NCBI GenBank assembly: GCA_903813345.2
Contig: CAIIXF020000001.1
Location: forward strand, 15,252,001 to 15,316,000
Direction: 5' to 3'
Source: Owenia fusiformis
Lineage: Eukaryota
DNA: 64,000 bases
Shown: positions 14,101 through 25,090 of the stretch, piece by piece
Position numbering within the stretch: the first letter of the stretch is position 1
Layout: the number at the start of each line of letters is the position of its first letter
Notes under the pieces: model-generated
What the model was told of the DNA's origin: nothing
What the model saw: only the letters and a program-made list of their open reading frames with translations
The model's database searches: none
Translations under genes and position numbers: made by a program

Positions 14101-17100
14101 ACGGTGATCTTGGTGTCTGGGGTCAGGGTGCTACACAATTCAATGTGCCGCTCTTACATCTTTGTTCGGATCTATCATATACCTCCATAGCTCCTTGGTT
14201 TCTTTCATCGTCGCTAGCTTTAGTGGTCGCTCAATGTTCTAGCATTCACCTACCTACGCGCACAACTCTAAAACATGTTCCCAGTGTTCACAGAGCACAA
14301 AATACCACTATATCAAAACCACCACCAACACAAATCACCACAAAGGTCAGTATGTTTACAAGGTGCACATTAAGTACCAATATTCATTGAGGTTGTCTTT
14401 CTTGGGACGGTTCATGAGTGGTTCTTTATGATTCGGTTCAGGCCATGCATGGTTCACCAGGTCACTGACAGTTTACGGTCAACAAACCTCTAATCCTCGA
14501 TCTTTAAAAGCGTGCACGGTGACTTTATTAGCATCCGCCGCATCAGGGGTAACGTGGATCATGATCGGGGATGCATGAGCGTGCTCATCGTTGTACTTTA
14601 TATGGATACCATAGTTCCCTGTTAATACCAGTAAGGAAGGAAATATTAATAGAATTTATCGAGTTGTCTAACAGATCATATGTCAGTTGGGGGATATGGG
14701 CGTAGCTAGCTATGAGGCAGGCGAAGCAACTGCCAAATACTGAAAAATATTTTTAGACGTTTTCTTATCTAAAACATTTTGTCCTGTTGAAGTTTAATAT
14801 CCTCTTTGCCATTTTAACTTTTACCTCGCCTTTGGAACCTTGCCTCAACTTTCTGGACGCTGGCTACGCCCATGAGAGAGTTGACGTGGAGGAGTAAGAA
14901 ATAATAGGTGATAGCTGCAATAAAGAAAAGTTAAGACATAGGGCCTGAAAGGTGAAAAGATTGATCAGAAGGTATAGCGTGCAAAGAAGAATGAGAGAAG
15001 GAATGCATTAGGGAGTTATACATATCGAATGTCCAAACCTCCAACCCCTTGTCTTTGACATTGTGTACTGTGAGGTTATTTGCCTCCCTAGAAGTCGGTA
15101 GGATTTGGACGTAGATTGGAGACTCTGGGACGTGTTCCTCGTTCATCTTGATATGTACGCCATATGTACCTATGAACAAATACTTGCATGTCTTTATTTA
15201 CTTTATTTTTTATTTAATTGATATTTTATTTTACTTTTATAGAGGTTGTTGCTAATGTTAGTGATTATCGTATTATGTATATATGTATCAAACACACATA
15301 GTACGTAGATATGCTCCAATAATCTGTCGTGAAAATGAAGTTGCTGAGTTATTCTTCAATTATAAACCCTCTTCGGGAAACCCAAGAAGATCTAAGATTG
15401 AATTGAAAGTTTGCAATTTTGTGCCATACTAATTGAATGTAAATATAGTTCTTTTAAAGTATAGTTTTACAATGTGTTCTCACTCTATAAAGTGGTAACC
15501 TTTGGAAATCAGTTATTGAAGAGTATCAGATAATGAGTTTTGATTAAAAGGCATATGGTGTAAGTGTCTTGTGACAATAACAATTATTAGCAATTATTAC
15601 TATTGAAATGCCAGATCGTATTGTGCAAATGAGTCGAAAGTCGTGCTTACCTGGTTTTGAAACTTCGTAGCTAATACCAATAAAACCATTTTTACGATCT
15701 TCAAACCCAATTTTGGCCTTCGATGGTCCTTCCACGGCAACAGACAACTGCCCGGGGCCAGCTTCTCGTGTGTAGATGTTGAACGAATCTGAAAAGGTAA
15801 AACACTTGTATCAGCAGATAGTCAAGTTACGTTGTTACCCTATATCCCAAAGTCACTCACTCCTTTAAGTATACCTTCCGGATAAAGTTTCTAATCACAC
15901 TTCTCCTTGATTTTTACTTTCAGTGTGTGAAATGCTTTAATACAATATTATTGTTTATATTATAGTTAAATATGATGTTTTGTTGAGAACATTTGACATG
16001 TACATTGGTCAAAACATCAACACTGACTCACTTTTGACGCCAACCTCCCCTCTTTCCAGGCCTGTTCCGCCGACTTCCACTTTGTGTGGGCCTCCAGCTG
16101 TCAGTTGACCCACTGTGTATTGGAAGGGACTACCGGAGCAATGAAGACCTCTATATTTCAATGAAACCGTGTGGACACCCTCCATTTTAGGAGAGAATTT
16201 AACATCATATTTGGAATCCTCAAGATCTCGGATTTCACACAGTTCTGTTTTTCCCTCTGGGTCTGTCAAAGATGCTTCAAGATCAAATGGATTTGTACCT
16301 AAAACACATAAATCACTACAGATATAGTTATACCCAATCTATTCAATCATATGACTTATAGTCCATATTACGTATTTTTACCTAACCTTTTAGACCTTAT
16401 GTATTACATTGAAGATTATATAAGATTGTATAAAATATCGTATGAAACAATTGTCTCTGATTAGAGATTTTTGAGCCAGTAATATAAATATCGCAATAGT
16501 TCCGATTTCAAGAGTTGAGCATACCGGGTATTTTGAGCATGAATTCACACTTGCTGCCAACACCCACATTGTCGGCCTGGGGTATATCTTTCACCAACGT
16601 TTCACGGGATCGCCCAGAAGGTTTTCCTCCAACGTTAACAACAAAAGGACTTCCTGTAACATAAACAAGTTTATTATGTTTTGTTGCAATTGAAAGTTAT
16701 AATTACTCTAAATGCATTCGTTCAACTACACGCTTCTTAAAAGAGAGCTTCGTCGGTAACTTGATGCTGAGCGCATGATGGTTTCATAGTTTCCAATAGG
16801 ATAGTTTCTAAATAGCAGAAAAATCAATGAAATCTCGTGCTGCCATCTTTTATTCAGCTTTTAACTCTGGCTAGAGCTCCATTCACTTACATGCTAAAAT
16901 CTTGGAAAAGTGGCTTAATTTCATGATTTATCAAAGTGTGTTTGTTGAATCTGTATAAAACTTGAATGATATACCACATGATGACCCTGTTTATGAACAT
17001 GTTGTGATTAAACATGCTAATGTTGATTGACATACAAATAATCCACGGTTTTAAAGAATTTTAGCATTGCATCTATGGACATTTGGCCCAACTTTTTTTA

Positions 17101-20100
17101 AATTGTCATAGAAAATTATTCAAATTACATAACTTCGTAAATCAAAGCTATTTTAGGAGAAAACATTCCACTGAATTCAAATATACCATTTAAAAGAAGG
17201 TAATGTAAGTCATTAGAGGTCTAATATGCAAGTCTCTTAAAATCTCACGAAAAACGAGATTTAGCGAGATTTCAAAAGCTATATGGAAACTATACTATAG
17301 GATAGTTTCTGCATATAGTTATTTTCAGATTAGGGGGATAAGTACGGCAACGAAGATTATTATAAAATACGAATCATATTTTATCAATGTATCATCTAAA
17401 GTTCAAACAATTATTCAATTTAAAACTACGTACTACATTTCAAATTAAACGTCATCAGTTTTAGTTGTCATTTATAAGTTTATATTTGGAGTATCTCTTC
17501 ACTTGGGATTCAATTAAATAAGAAATTGACAAATTGCAGTACAATAACGCAGATGCGAGTAGGTAGTTACCAGTTTCGCCACCAGGTGGCTCGTTTGGGT
17601 CAGATAACATGGCGGGTATAGTATAAAGTTCCCTTTAACTTGAATTACATCTGTTTTAGTGGTTCAATTTTTATATAACCCTTATGTATCTAATAGTTAT
17701 GCAAATTAAAATATGTCCAGTAAAAGAAAATGTTATCTGTTCAACACAAGAAAAGATATTTCACTTTTTGTGATTTTGTAACATGGGGTCTAGATGAGGA
17801 ATCAACCTGAGCTAGAAGTCACATTTTCCCAAAAGATTAAATTTTCAAAGTTGATAAACAATTTTCGAAACCATTTTTCTAGATGCACTTTTACATGTAG
17901 ATTTCAAATATGACATCACTTTGACTGAATTTTGAATATTAAATGACGTAAATCAAGATTATTTCTATTCGCATCTAGTCTATTGTTTTTAGATTCATCA
18001 GTAGTACCTGGTATATGTTCATCGGCGAATATAACATTGACAAGATATATGCCAGGTTCGTGGGGTTTGTAGTTCACAGTGATAACACCCTCGGCGTCTA
18101 CTGTATGTTTAATGTCGGATCTGTGGCCGCCCTCTATCGACACACCGCAGTTACCGTAACCTAGAAAAATGAACATCAACTCCTCGTTCATTATTTCAGA
18201 TTAGCATGACACATACTTACGATCATTTTAAAGATATATTTGATGAGTAGTATCACCCATTGATACGATGGACATATGGTTGTTTGGATTTTAACTTCGC
18301 ATTTATTAACCAATACTTTATTGAAACATGTGATACAAAAATAAAATCCAAACTAATGCAAACAACTATTTTGATCTAAATATTTAGAATGCAACCATTG
18401 TAAATCTGATACTTCTAAATGGCCCAGATATCGCAACAGTATGAAATGAAAATTTGATTAATTCTTCCAATCGTTGACGCCATCCTCGCTCCTCACCTGC
18501 GCCTGCTGTGAAAATAGTGAACTCGTTGTCTGCGTTAGACACTGCATCTGAGATACCCTTGCCGGACACTTTCACCTTGCTGGCACTTGCGAGCTCCTTG
18601 TCACCTATGGACACTGATAGTGGACTACCTTTGATGTTCTTCTCATCTCTCTTTATCTCAATAGTATGTGTGCCCTTCTCCTTTGGTTGAAATGACGAAA
18701 TTCCTGCGGTAAACAAAAATAATTCATGCTAAAATATTTCCTGGGTAAAAAGTTAAGGTAAAAAGTAGACCATAATGAAAATGTGTCTCAGTGATAATTG
18801 GTCCAGTTCTATAACAATCGATACACTAAATGTGTATAAAAGGTTAACGTTGCAAAAAGAGGGAGGGCCCCGGACTACCACATGCTCACTACCATTATAT
18901 CTGTCACGTGGGTGTCACATGATATACAAACCTAAATGCCCGTTTGGCAGCTTCTTTAAGATGCATGTTTCAACTGATCCACTTGGGTTTTTATGTGTTC
19001 CAACAAGACCAACTAGATCTGCCTCACTTATTTTAGTGTCATATTCGCTGCCTGTGCTTACAGATATTTGGGAACGTTTTCGACCTTCACCAGATACCTT
19101 GGCAGAAAATGGCGATCCAGATATATTCCTGCCTTTATTTTTGACTGAAATAGAGTATTCGCCTGGAGACATAGGAGTATAGGCAACGCCGACTGTGCCG
19201 TCTCTGTTTTTGGTCAGCTTTGCGTCACATTTAGATGGTCCGTCAATTGAGACTGTGATATCGCCTGAAAGAACATGTTTAGTTTCTTTTTACATCATCC
19301 CTGCAATTCTCGAATCCGTTATCTAAATGGAACTGAAACGGGGCTTGTATAGACTAAAGACTTCAGTTTCAGTTTCATAGTGCATACTGTCACTGGGGCA
19401 TTTCCTATTTTACATGACTGACTTTAAACATGTGTTTCCCCACAACAACATCGATAAATAATAAGGGATACACGGCTTTGACTACTAGATATTTAAAACT
19501 GTTGAACAAGGTGAGAAATCACAAGATTTTAGCTCTGCTTAGGAGTCTCAGATTGCAGCTACCCTGTGGTTCTTCAAGCTTGTACACATGTTATACCACG
19601 CATATGGTAAGCCACACCATAATACATTCAAGAAATATAGAAATCAGGTGCAAGAAATCCTTTCTTTGAAATTCCTACCTGGGTTTTGGGCTGCAACGTG
19701 AAATTCTGTTACATCACCGCTCATGCCGGAAGAAAGTCCATGGCCGTAGGCGGTTACGTATCCGCTACCAACTGCGTCCACGTGACAAAGAAATGGGCTA
19801 CCTGGAGAATTGAACGTAACATGATTTATATATTATATAATATAATATATTTTATCCCACCCTAAGTGCTTTATATGATTGTATAATAGCATTGTATAAC
19901 TGCAATATAAAACCAACACTCATCGTATACAACTCTTGAGAACGAGTACAGTACAACTCCTGGATAGCGTAACTCCTGGGTAGCGTATACAACTCTTCGA
20001 CTTGATATACAACTGCTGAATTTAGATTAATCTTTTATTGATCAAATATTAGGGTGGGATAATAAGATCATATAATGGTTGATTCTGTATATCGTTATAC

Positions 20101-20801
20101 TCTCGTGAGTATATATTATATTCACTCTTTCCCTTCAGTCACTCGTGAATATATCATATATACTCACTTGAGTATAAACACGATATACGGAATATACGGA
20201 ATCAACCATTATATAATCTCATAATGTAAGCGCTAGTTTATCAGGGTACTATATCAAAAAGCTAGAACCAGCCTGATATACAGTTACAAAATTGCAAGCA
20301 ACATTTACCAAGCCTAATATTATCTAAAAAGTATGATATACAATGTACGATGTTATTTAAGATCCATAAATTGCAGAAATACGTTAAATTTTCACATCGT
20401 GGTATCAAATACGTTGATAGAAAAATCATGAATCAAAATATGGGCTTCCAGAAGACTCTTAAAGCCAGTGATCAAACATGATTAGTTTATTTACATTTTA
20501 CACGTATGGACAGTTGTCCCAAACAGGAACTTTATCAAATCTCATAGGTATGCTTTTTTGCGATTGTTATAAGCTTACGTGTACATGTATTCATAGGGTG
20601 CTATCCGTTTCACAAAGATTCCTAACAAGGTTATTGCTATGATGTACGAGTATGCTTATTGCTTACCGTCGACGGGCTGGTCATTGTAGCTCATCACCAT
20701 TTCGTGGATGCCCTTGGCACTGGTCTGATATGTGACTCCCACTGATCCATCTTTGTTGGCAGTCACCACGGGGTGTGGATTTCCTGAAGGCATTTTGGAT
20801 T
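4918..20801 (-). CDS. FLN: Filamin (filamin-A/cheerio-like), Ig repeats equivalent to FLNA Ig16-24; multi-exon
   Basis: Exons on minus, 5' to 3': 20667-20801, 19679-19801, 18932-19264, 18497-18703, 18008-18160, 16525-16653, 16032-16298, 15651-15788, one of four 131-nt exons, 10023-10171, 9431-9573, 8976-9191, 8524-8712, 4918-5111. All are AG/GT-bounded and phase-compatible, with repeated GPSK/EGxHxV/IPGSPF filamin motifs, collinear with the FLNA C-terminal rod and dimerisation repeat. Confidence 0.95.
5238..7813. mobile_element. Tc1/mariner-type non-autonomous fold-back element in the last filamin intron, interrupted by a LINE
   Basis: TIRs TA|cagggtggtcaaaaaatggaaaccctg ... cagggtttccattttttttaccaccctg. 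Internal inverted arms at 5298-5360/7089-7155 and ~7160-7355/7560-7755. Confidence 0.8.
5361..7088 (+). mobile_element. 5'-truncated CR1/L2-type LINE (RT plus C-terminal CCHC knuckle, A-rich tail)
   Basis: [17 protein letters not shown] (~5415-5465), VPQGSIIGP and LYADD (ORF 5566-5901), C-terminal CICG...HLIFKCP (ORF 5964-6914), 3' end aaataaagaaaccataaaaactaaaaacta. Frameshifted. Confidence 0.92.
8139..8200. mobile_element. 62-bp hairpin micro-MITE with TTA target-site duplication (PIF/Harbinger-like)
   Basis: TTA|tgccgtggtcacatttgctccgattt ... aaatcggagcaaatgtgaccatggca|TTA. Confidence 0.65.
8524..8712 (-). CDS. FLN: Filamin exon (hinge 2 and start of Ig24)
   Basis: AG/GT bounded, 189 nt, phase 1-1; [10 protein letters not shown]...[31 protein letters not shown]. 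Confidence 0.9.
8976..9191 (-). CDS. FLN: Filamin exon (Ig23)
   Basis: 216 nt, phase 1-1; [15 protein letters not shown]...DGPSK...[15 protein letters not shown]...GSPAKVNVT. Confidence 0.92.
9431..9573 (-). CDS. FLN: Filamin exon (Ig22/Ig23)
   Basis: 143 nt, phase 2-1; [47 protein letters not shown]. Confidence 0.92.
10023..10171 (-). CDS. FLN: Filamin exon (Ig22), the acceptor exon downstream of the exon cluster
   Basis: 149 nt, phase 0-2; [16 protein letters not shown]...[26 protein letters not shown]. Confidence 0.92.
10290..10610. mobile_element. Palindromic non-autonomous element with two hairpins
   Basis: Stems at 10359-10380/10428-10449 and 10469-10605 (gttattgaatgatttgaagtgcaata ... 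tattgcacttcaaatcattcaataac) around the loop ctcgacttcgtctcg. Confidence 0.7.
10739..11297. mobile_element. Tc1/mariner-type MITE
   Basis: Imperfect TIRs cagggtgatcc...agaaaattaattttt and aaaaattaattttct...ggactaccctg. Confidence 0.6.
12297..12427 (-). CDS. FLN: Filamin alternative exon D (131 nt)
   Basis: ctttag acceptor, gtaggt donor; [44 protein letters not shown]. Confidence 0.9.
13079..13209 (-). CDS. FLN: Filamin alternative exon C (131 nt)
   Basis: ctgtag acceptor, gttaga donor; [44 protein letters not shown]. Confidence 0.9.
14488..14618 (-). CDS. FLN: Filamin alternative exon B (131 nt)
   Basis: taacag acceptor, gtttgt donor; [44 protein letters not shown]. Confidence 0.9.
14695..14874. 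mobile_element. Short MITE between alternative exons A and B
   Basis: Termini tatgggcgtagc ... gctacgcccatg; no clear TSD. Confidence 0.55.
15039..15169 (-). CDS. FLN: Filamin alternative exon A (131 nt)
   Basis: tcatag acceptor, gtttgg donor; [44 protein letters not shown]. Confidence 0.9.
15651..15788 (-). CDS. FLN: Filamin exon (Ig21 core), the donor exon upstream of the exon cluster
   Basis: 138 nt, phase 1-1; [45 protein letters not shown]. Confidence 0.92.
16032..16298 (-). CDS. FLN: Filamin exon (Ig20/Ig21)
   Basis: 267 nt; [15 protein letters not shown]...[34 protein letters not shown]. Confidence 0.92.
16525..16653 (-). CDS. FLN: Filamin exon (Ig19/Ig20)
   Basis: 129 nt; [42 protein letters not shown]. 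Confidence 0.9.
18008..18160 (-). CDS. FLN: Filamin exon (Ig19)
   Basis: 153 nt; [11 protein letters not shown]...[21 protein letters not shown]. Confidence 0.9.
18497..18703 (-). CDS. FLN: Filamin exon (Ig18/Ig19)
   Basis: 207 nt; [17 protein letters not shown]...[10 protein letters not shown]...EFTIFTAGA. Confidence 0.9.
18932..19264 (-). CDS. FLN: Filamin exon (Ig17/Ig18)
   Basis: 333 nt; [11 protein letters not shown]...[11 protein letters not shown]...GSPFSAKV...[11 protein letters not shown]. Confidence 0.92.
19679..19801 (-). CDS. FLN: Filamin exon (Ig16/Ig17)
   Basis: 123 nt; [40 protein letters not shown]. Confidence 0.9.
19848..20215. mobile_element. Double-hairpin palindromic element in a filamin intron
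   Basis: Inverted arms ttatcccaccctaa/ttagggtgggataa (~19852-20060) and tataatggttgattc...tatactc / gagtata...gaatcaaccattata (~20071-20213). Confidence 0.6.
20667..20801 (-). CDS. FLN: Most 5' recognisable filamin exon (Ig16); contains the ATG of MPSG at 20791-20793
   Basis: tttcag acceptor, gtaagc donor; [44 protein letters not shown]. Confidence 0.88.
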
Positions 20802-20974
20802 CTGAAACACACAATAGCATAGTGTAGAAGGAAGCATTAAACAATTATGACGAGAAGGTTTTGGAAAAAGAACAACCGTTAAATTATGAGCGTTTTATTA
20901 CTTTTTTGCCATTTGTCTGACCTATTCCGTCTTGGATGCAGACGATGATAAAGAATAATTTGACTTATGCCCCC

Positions 20975-21960
20975 AACACTCAAAAGTGGCAGCATGATAG
21001 GTTTCACTCAAAAGTGACAGCAGAATAGATTTCACCCAAAGTGTTCTGCAGAATGGGTTTCACTCAAAAATAGCAGCAGAAGGAATTTCACTCAAAAGAA
21101 GCAGCAGAATAGATTTCACCCAAAGTGGTCTGCAGAATGGGTTTCACTCAAAAATAGCAGCAGAAGGAATTTCGCTCAAAAGAAGCAGCAGAATAGATTT
21201 CACCCAAAGTGGTCTGCAGAATGGGTTTCACTCAAAAATAGCAGCAGAAGGAATTTCACTCAAAAGAAGCAGCAGAATAGATTTCACCCAAAGTGGTCTG
21301 CAGAATGGGTTTCACTCAAAAATAGCAGCAGAAGGAATTTCACTCAAAAGAAGCAGCAGAATAGATTTCACCCAAAGTGGTCTGCAGAATGGGTTTCACT
21401 CAAAAATAGCAGCAGAAGGAATTTCACTCAAAAGAAGCAGCAGAATAGATTTCGCCCAAAGTGGTCTGCAGAATGGGTTTCGCTCAAAAGTAGCAGCAGA
21501 AGGAATTTCACTCAAAAGAAGCAGCAGAATAGATTTCACCCAAAGTGGTCTGCAGAATGGGTTTCACTCAAAAATAGCAGCAGAAGGAATTTCACTCAAA
21601 AGAAGCAGCAGAATAGATTTCGCCCAAAGTGGTCTGCAGAATGGGGATCGCTCAAAAGTAGCAGCAGAATGGGTTTCACTCAAAAGTGTCAGTAGAATGG
21701 GTTTCACTCAAAAGTGGCCGCAGAATGGGTTTCACTCAAAAGTGTCAGCAGAATGGGTTTCACTCAAAAGTGGCCGCAGAATGGGTTTAACTCAAGTACT
21801 GTCAGCAGAATGTGTTTTTTTTCAAAAAAAACTCACAAGAAGCAGCAGAATAGATTTCACCCAAAATGGTTCCTCAAATGTGCGAACAGAATGGGTTTCA
21901 CTCAAAAGTGTCAGCAGAATGGGTCTCACGTGCACTCAAAGGTGTCAGCAGAATGGGTGT
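20975..21960. repeat. 28-bp minisatellite organised as an 84-bp (3 x 28) higher-order repeat
   Basis: Monomer about gcagaatgggtttcactcaaaagtg(n); the trimer recurs at 21101, 21185, 21269 and onward. Confidence 0.9.
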
Positions 21961-24227
21961 ATTCGATAATGTATTATGTAAATGGGTAATGAAAACATGC
22001 ATCTTCAAGCAAACATCTACACTGGTACGTTAACTGCTGATGTTTCAAACTATTACAGAGAAGCCATCATTTCTTAACATCAGTCTTATTTATAAAATTA
22101 AACCTTATATTTGTATCAAGGGGCAGGACAAGGAGCATGCTAATAATAAAAAACTAATACAAAAATAATGTATTTATGGTGTCGCCCTATTTCATTGATA
22201 TGATAAGTATGAAATACTCTTTTATATCTGCATAGCTAAAAGAGTATGATACTTGTGATCATTGTAAAATTATGGAAATATTTCAAAAGCCACTCTCAAC
22301 TCTACTTCATCCTTCACATCAACAAGTCAAAGGTGCAAAATATAATGTTATAAAAGACTGTCACAGAAGGATTAAATATTGAAAGGGGACCTGATTTCCA
22401 TTCAGGTGCTAATGTCCTCTACTCTGTACTGTATTTAAAATATATAGACTTAGAAAATATGTGAATAATCGAAAACAGAGTTATGATATAACATGACCAA
22501 AGGATATAAACAGTGACTTGAGATGTTAAAGTCCCAATAAAAATACACCTAAATGCTATTTATTTTAGGTTTTAATTAAGGGGCAAAAGGGCAAATTTGG
22601 CCCGATTGACAATAATGAGCTTACAAACGGGAGCTTATCGTCCAGATTGACGTCAACAAGCTTCTTTAAGGTTATGTTTGGTTCGTTTCTATCATTCAAC
22701 CGTGAAAAGGTTTTATATGGTGACTATTTTACAACGATGTCCCGACTTCACTTGTTATAACAAAGTGGTTACTTTTGTCCTGGAAATATCTGCATTTTTA
22801 ACATACAGATACACTTAGGATTTGAAACTGATACAATATTTTAAAGATCAATGCACCCCCTTCCCCCCATCCCCTCATTAATGATTAATATGAGGCTGTG
22901 CACCAATGAAATCGAGGATATATAGCCTTGCCAAGTTTAAAGATAAGCAAATGATGCTCCTCGCCTAATTTTCATAACTAATTACTTTCCTTATAATAAT
23001 TGAATTATTTTGGGCTATGAACCGCTGTTAAGCTAGATAATACTCTCTCGTGAAACCTGGGTAATCAGGGAGAGCACAACCAGTGGCACACATGGGGATA
23101 TGTTGTACCTTTAGACCGGGCCTTTAGATTGATGATATAAGTTTAAAATCCCAAGAAAGTCGCCATGCAAAGTATGAAAACAACTTTTTGATTATTTTTT
23201 ATCTAATTTAATGTTATTTCTATAAAATGTAGAACAGTGAGTACACTTTTGCATGTAGTCTTGCTCAAAGACTGTTTCCACCCCCCACCCCCCCCCCCCC
23301 CGTCATCTTCATTCTCTTTACCTGGCAATATAGGGTCTTTTAAGCAAGACTATTTTGCATGTTAAATGCAGGTTTTTAACATTACTAGTCAACGAAGAGG
23401 GCCATCGTCGGCATTCAGGAGCCGAATATTAACCATAAAGATCAGAAAAAGCTATATGGTGAAAACACTTCAAAGCTGGGTCATATAATGCTCCATAACC
23501 CCCGTCCGAAAATAATAGATGAGTTCACATTTAGGTATACATTACTATACAATTTAAATCCATCGTACTAATATAGCCAAACAACATATTTTATTTAACT
23601 CAATTTCATTTCCTTCAGAGACTAATAAAATTTATAACTTCTGAAGTAAATGGACTTGAGTTAGTTAATACATTACCAGAGAGATGCAGAGAAATCTATT
23701 TTATGTCTATATTCGACGTTCATTTATGTCTCTGATTAAGCGTATCCCTAATTGATTGATTGAATGATCGAGATGATCGAGACTGTTACAATCAGCGTGT
23801 TCTGATCAACAACGTTAACTGTCACTCAAGTACCGATGTCATCTTGGATCGAATGATCGTGTTTATATACGTTTATGTATTTACTTGCACGATATGAGGT
23901 TTAATCAGTCTGTACTAAAACATCTGATTATGGACGACAACTTAAAGATGCACTTTATCCTTATAATTATGTTATTTCATGGAAACAGTATTTATGCACA
24001 TACCTTAAGTTTAACAAATACAAAGTGAAGGAATGTTTACATTTCATATGATATATCAGTCCCTACACGAAATCTATTCTTATTTGATAATGGTGTTTAG
24101 TAATTTCGAAACATCGTTCTAAATCGATTACACAGCCATCCTTGATTTTAGAAATGTTGTATTATACTGAATGTTTTGAAACGTGTTTAGCTTTTTTAAA
24201 TAATTACAAATCTTCTTCCTTACTGAC

Positions 24228-24318
24228 CTTTATTATGGATTCGCCAATTTTCTGGCACCCGCCTGTTGAGTCGAGGACTAGGGCATTCTTTTTTATTTCC
24301 AACTGCTGCTAACGACAT
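24228..24318 (-). CDS. Candidate upstream (first coding) exon of the short filamin
   Basis: ATG at 24316-24318, open for 30 codons (MSLAAVGNKKECPSPRLNRRVPENWRIHNK), ending at a phase-1 donor G|gtcagt compatible with the 20801 acceptor. No homology support. Confidence 0.3.
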
Positions 24319-24789
24319 ATTTTAACCTGTGTGTATCCAAATGGCTCTTTGTTCACTTTCTATCCAATTTATATAAAAATGATTCTGACAGATGACCGAT
24401 TTGTGCTTATTTCACATATAAAGGTTGATAGTTCATTATAGTTCATCTAGTTAACGCCAAAATGCTTTAATGCGGCCAGGGTCCGACCGACACCTGGTAA
24501 TATTACTTTAATTTTTGCCAAAACCGCGGGACGCATAGATTACATGTAGACTCTATTCTATTATATAATAATATGTTATAATATATCAGGGTTCGTTTAC
24601 GCTTTCACGCTTCGTAACGATCTTATGCCTATGGTAGCATTAAAAATATATCTGAAAAGCAAACAAAACTTGTATTTATTTATTGACCTTAAATTGAAGT
24701 GACGGAAAAGGTGTCGAGTTAATCCAAGATGTCAACAAAGTATGGCAATCAACTCAAAGGGTTGTTCATTTTGAACCAATTCTCGATCT

Positions 24790-25090
24790 GGTAGCAAAAC
24801 ACGAAAAATGTTTTGATACGGTCAAAATTGATAATTTTAAAAATACAGTTTATATTTCAAACAGGCTTTTATTTGTGAAGATTTCACTCAAGAATGGATG
24901 CCATAAACTATCAAGTTTGCATATCATAAGTTAGGAAAGTTGTATGAAGCACCAAACCAGCTGAATAAACTTTTTTAATTATGTCTATTTAAGATTTAAT
25001 TCTACAGATTATCTCTTCTTTTATTTCAAGTTGAAAAGCCCTGAAAATATTTTTGCACAGAAAGCAAGGACCGATTGTGTAGAAGTGGCT
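24790..25090 (+). mobile_element. Diverged fragment of the 5238-7813 element family
   Basis: Shares tagcaaaacacg.aaaatgttttg and agccctgaaaatatttttgcacagaa with 7231-7500. Confidence 0.6.

Noticed and set aside
12297-15169. Four consecutive constitutive filamin repeats rather than alternatives
   Set aside because: Each exon covers the same half-domain and runs phase 1 to 0, so they cannot be chained in frame. The complementary half-domain exons occur only once.
21697-21989. ORFs in the 28-bp minisatellite
   Set aside because: They are translations of a tandem repeat whose unit is not a multiple of 3.
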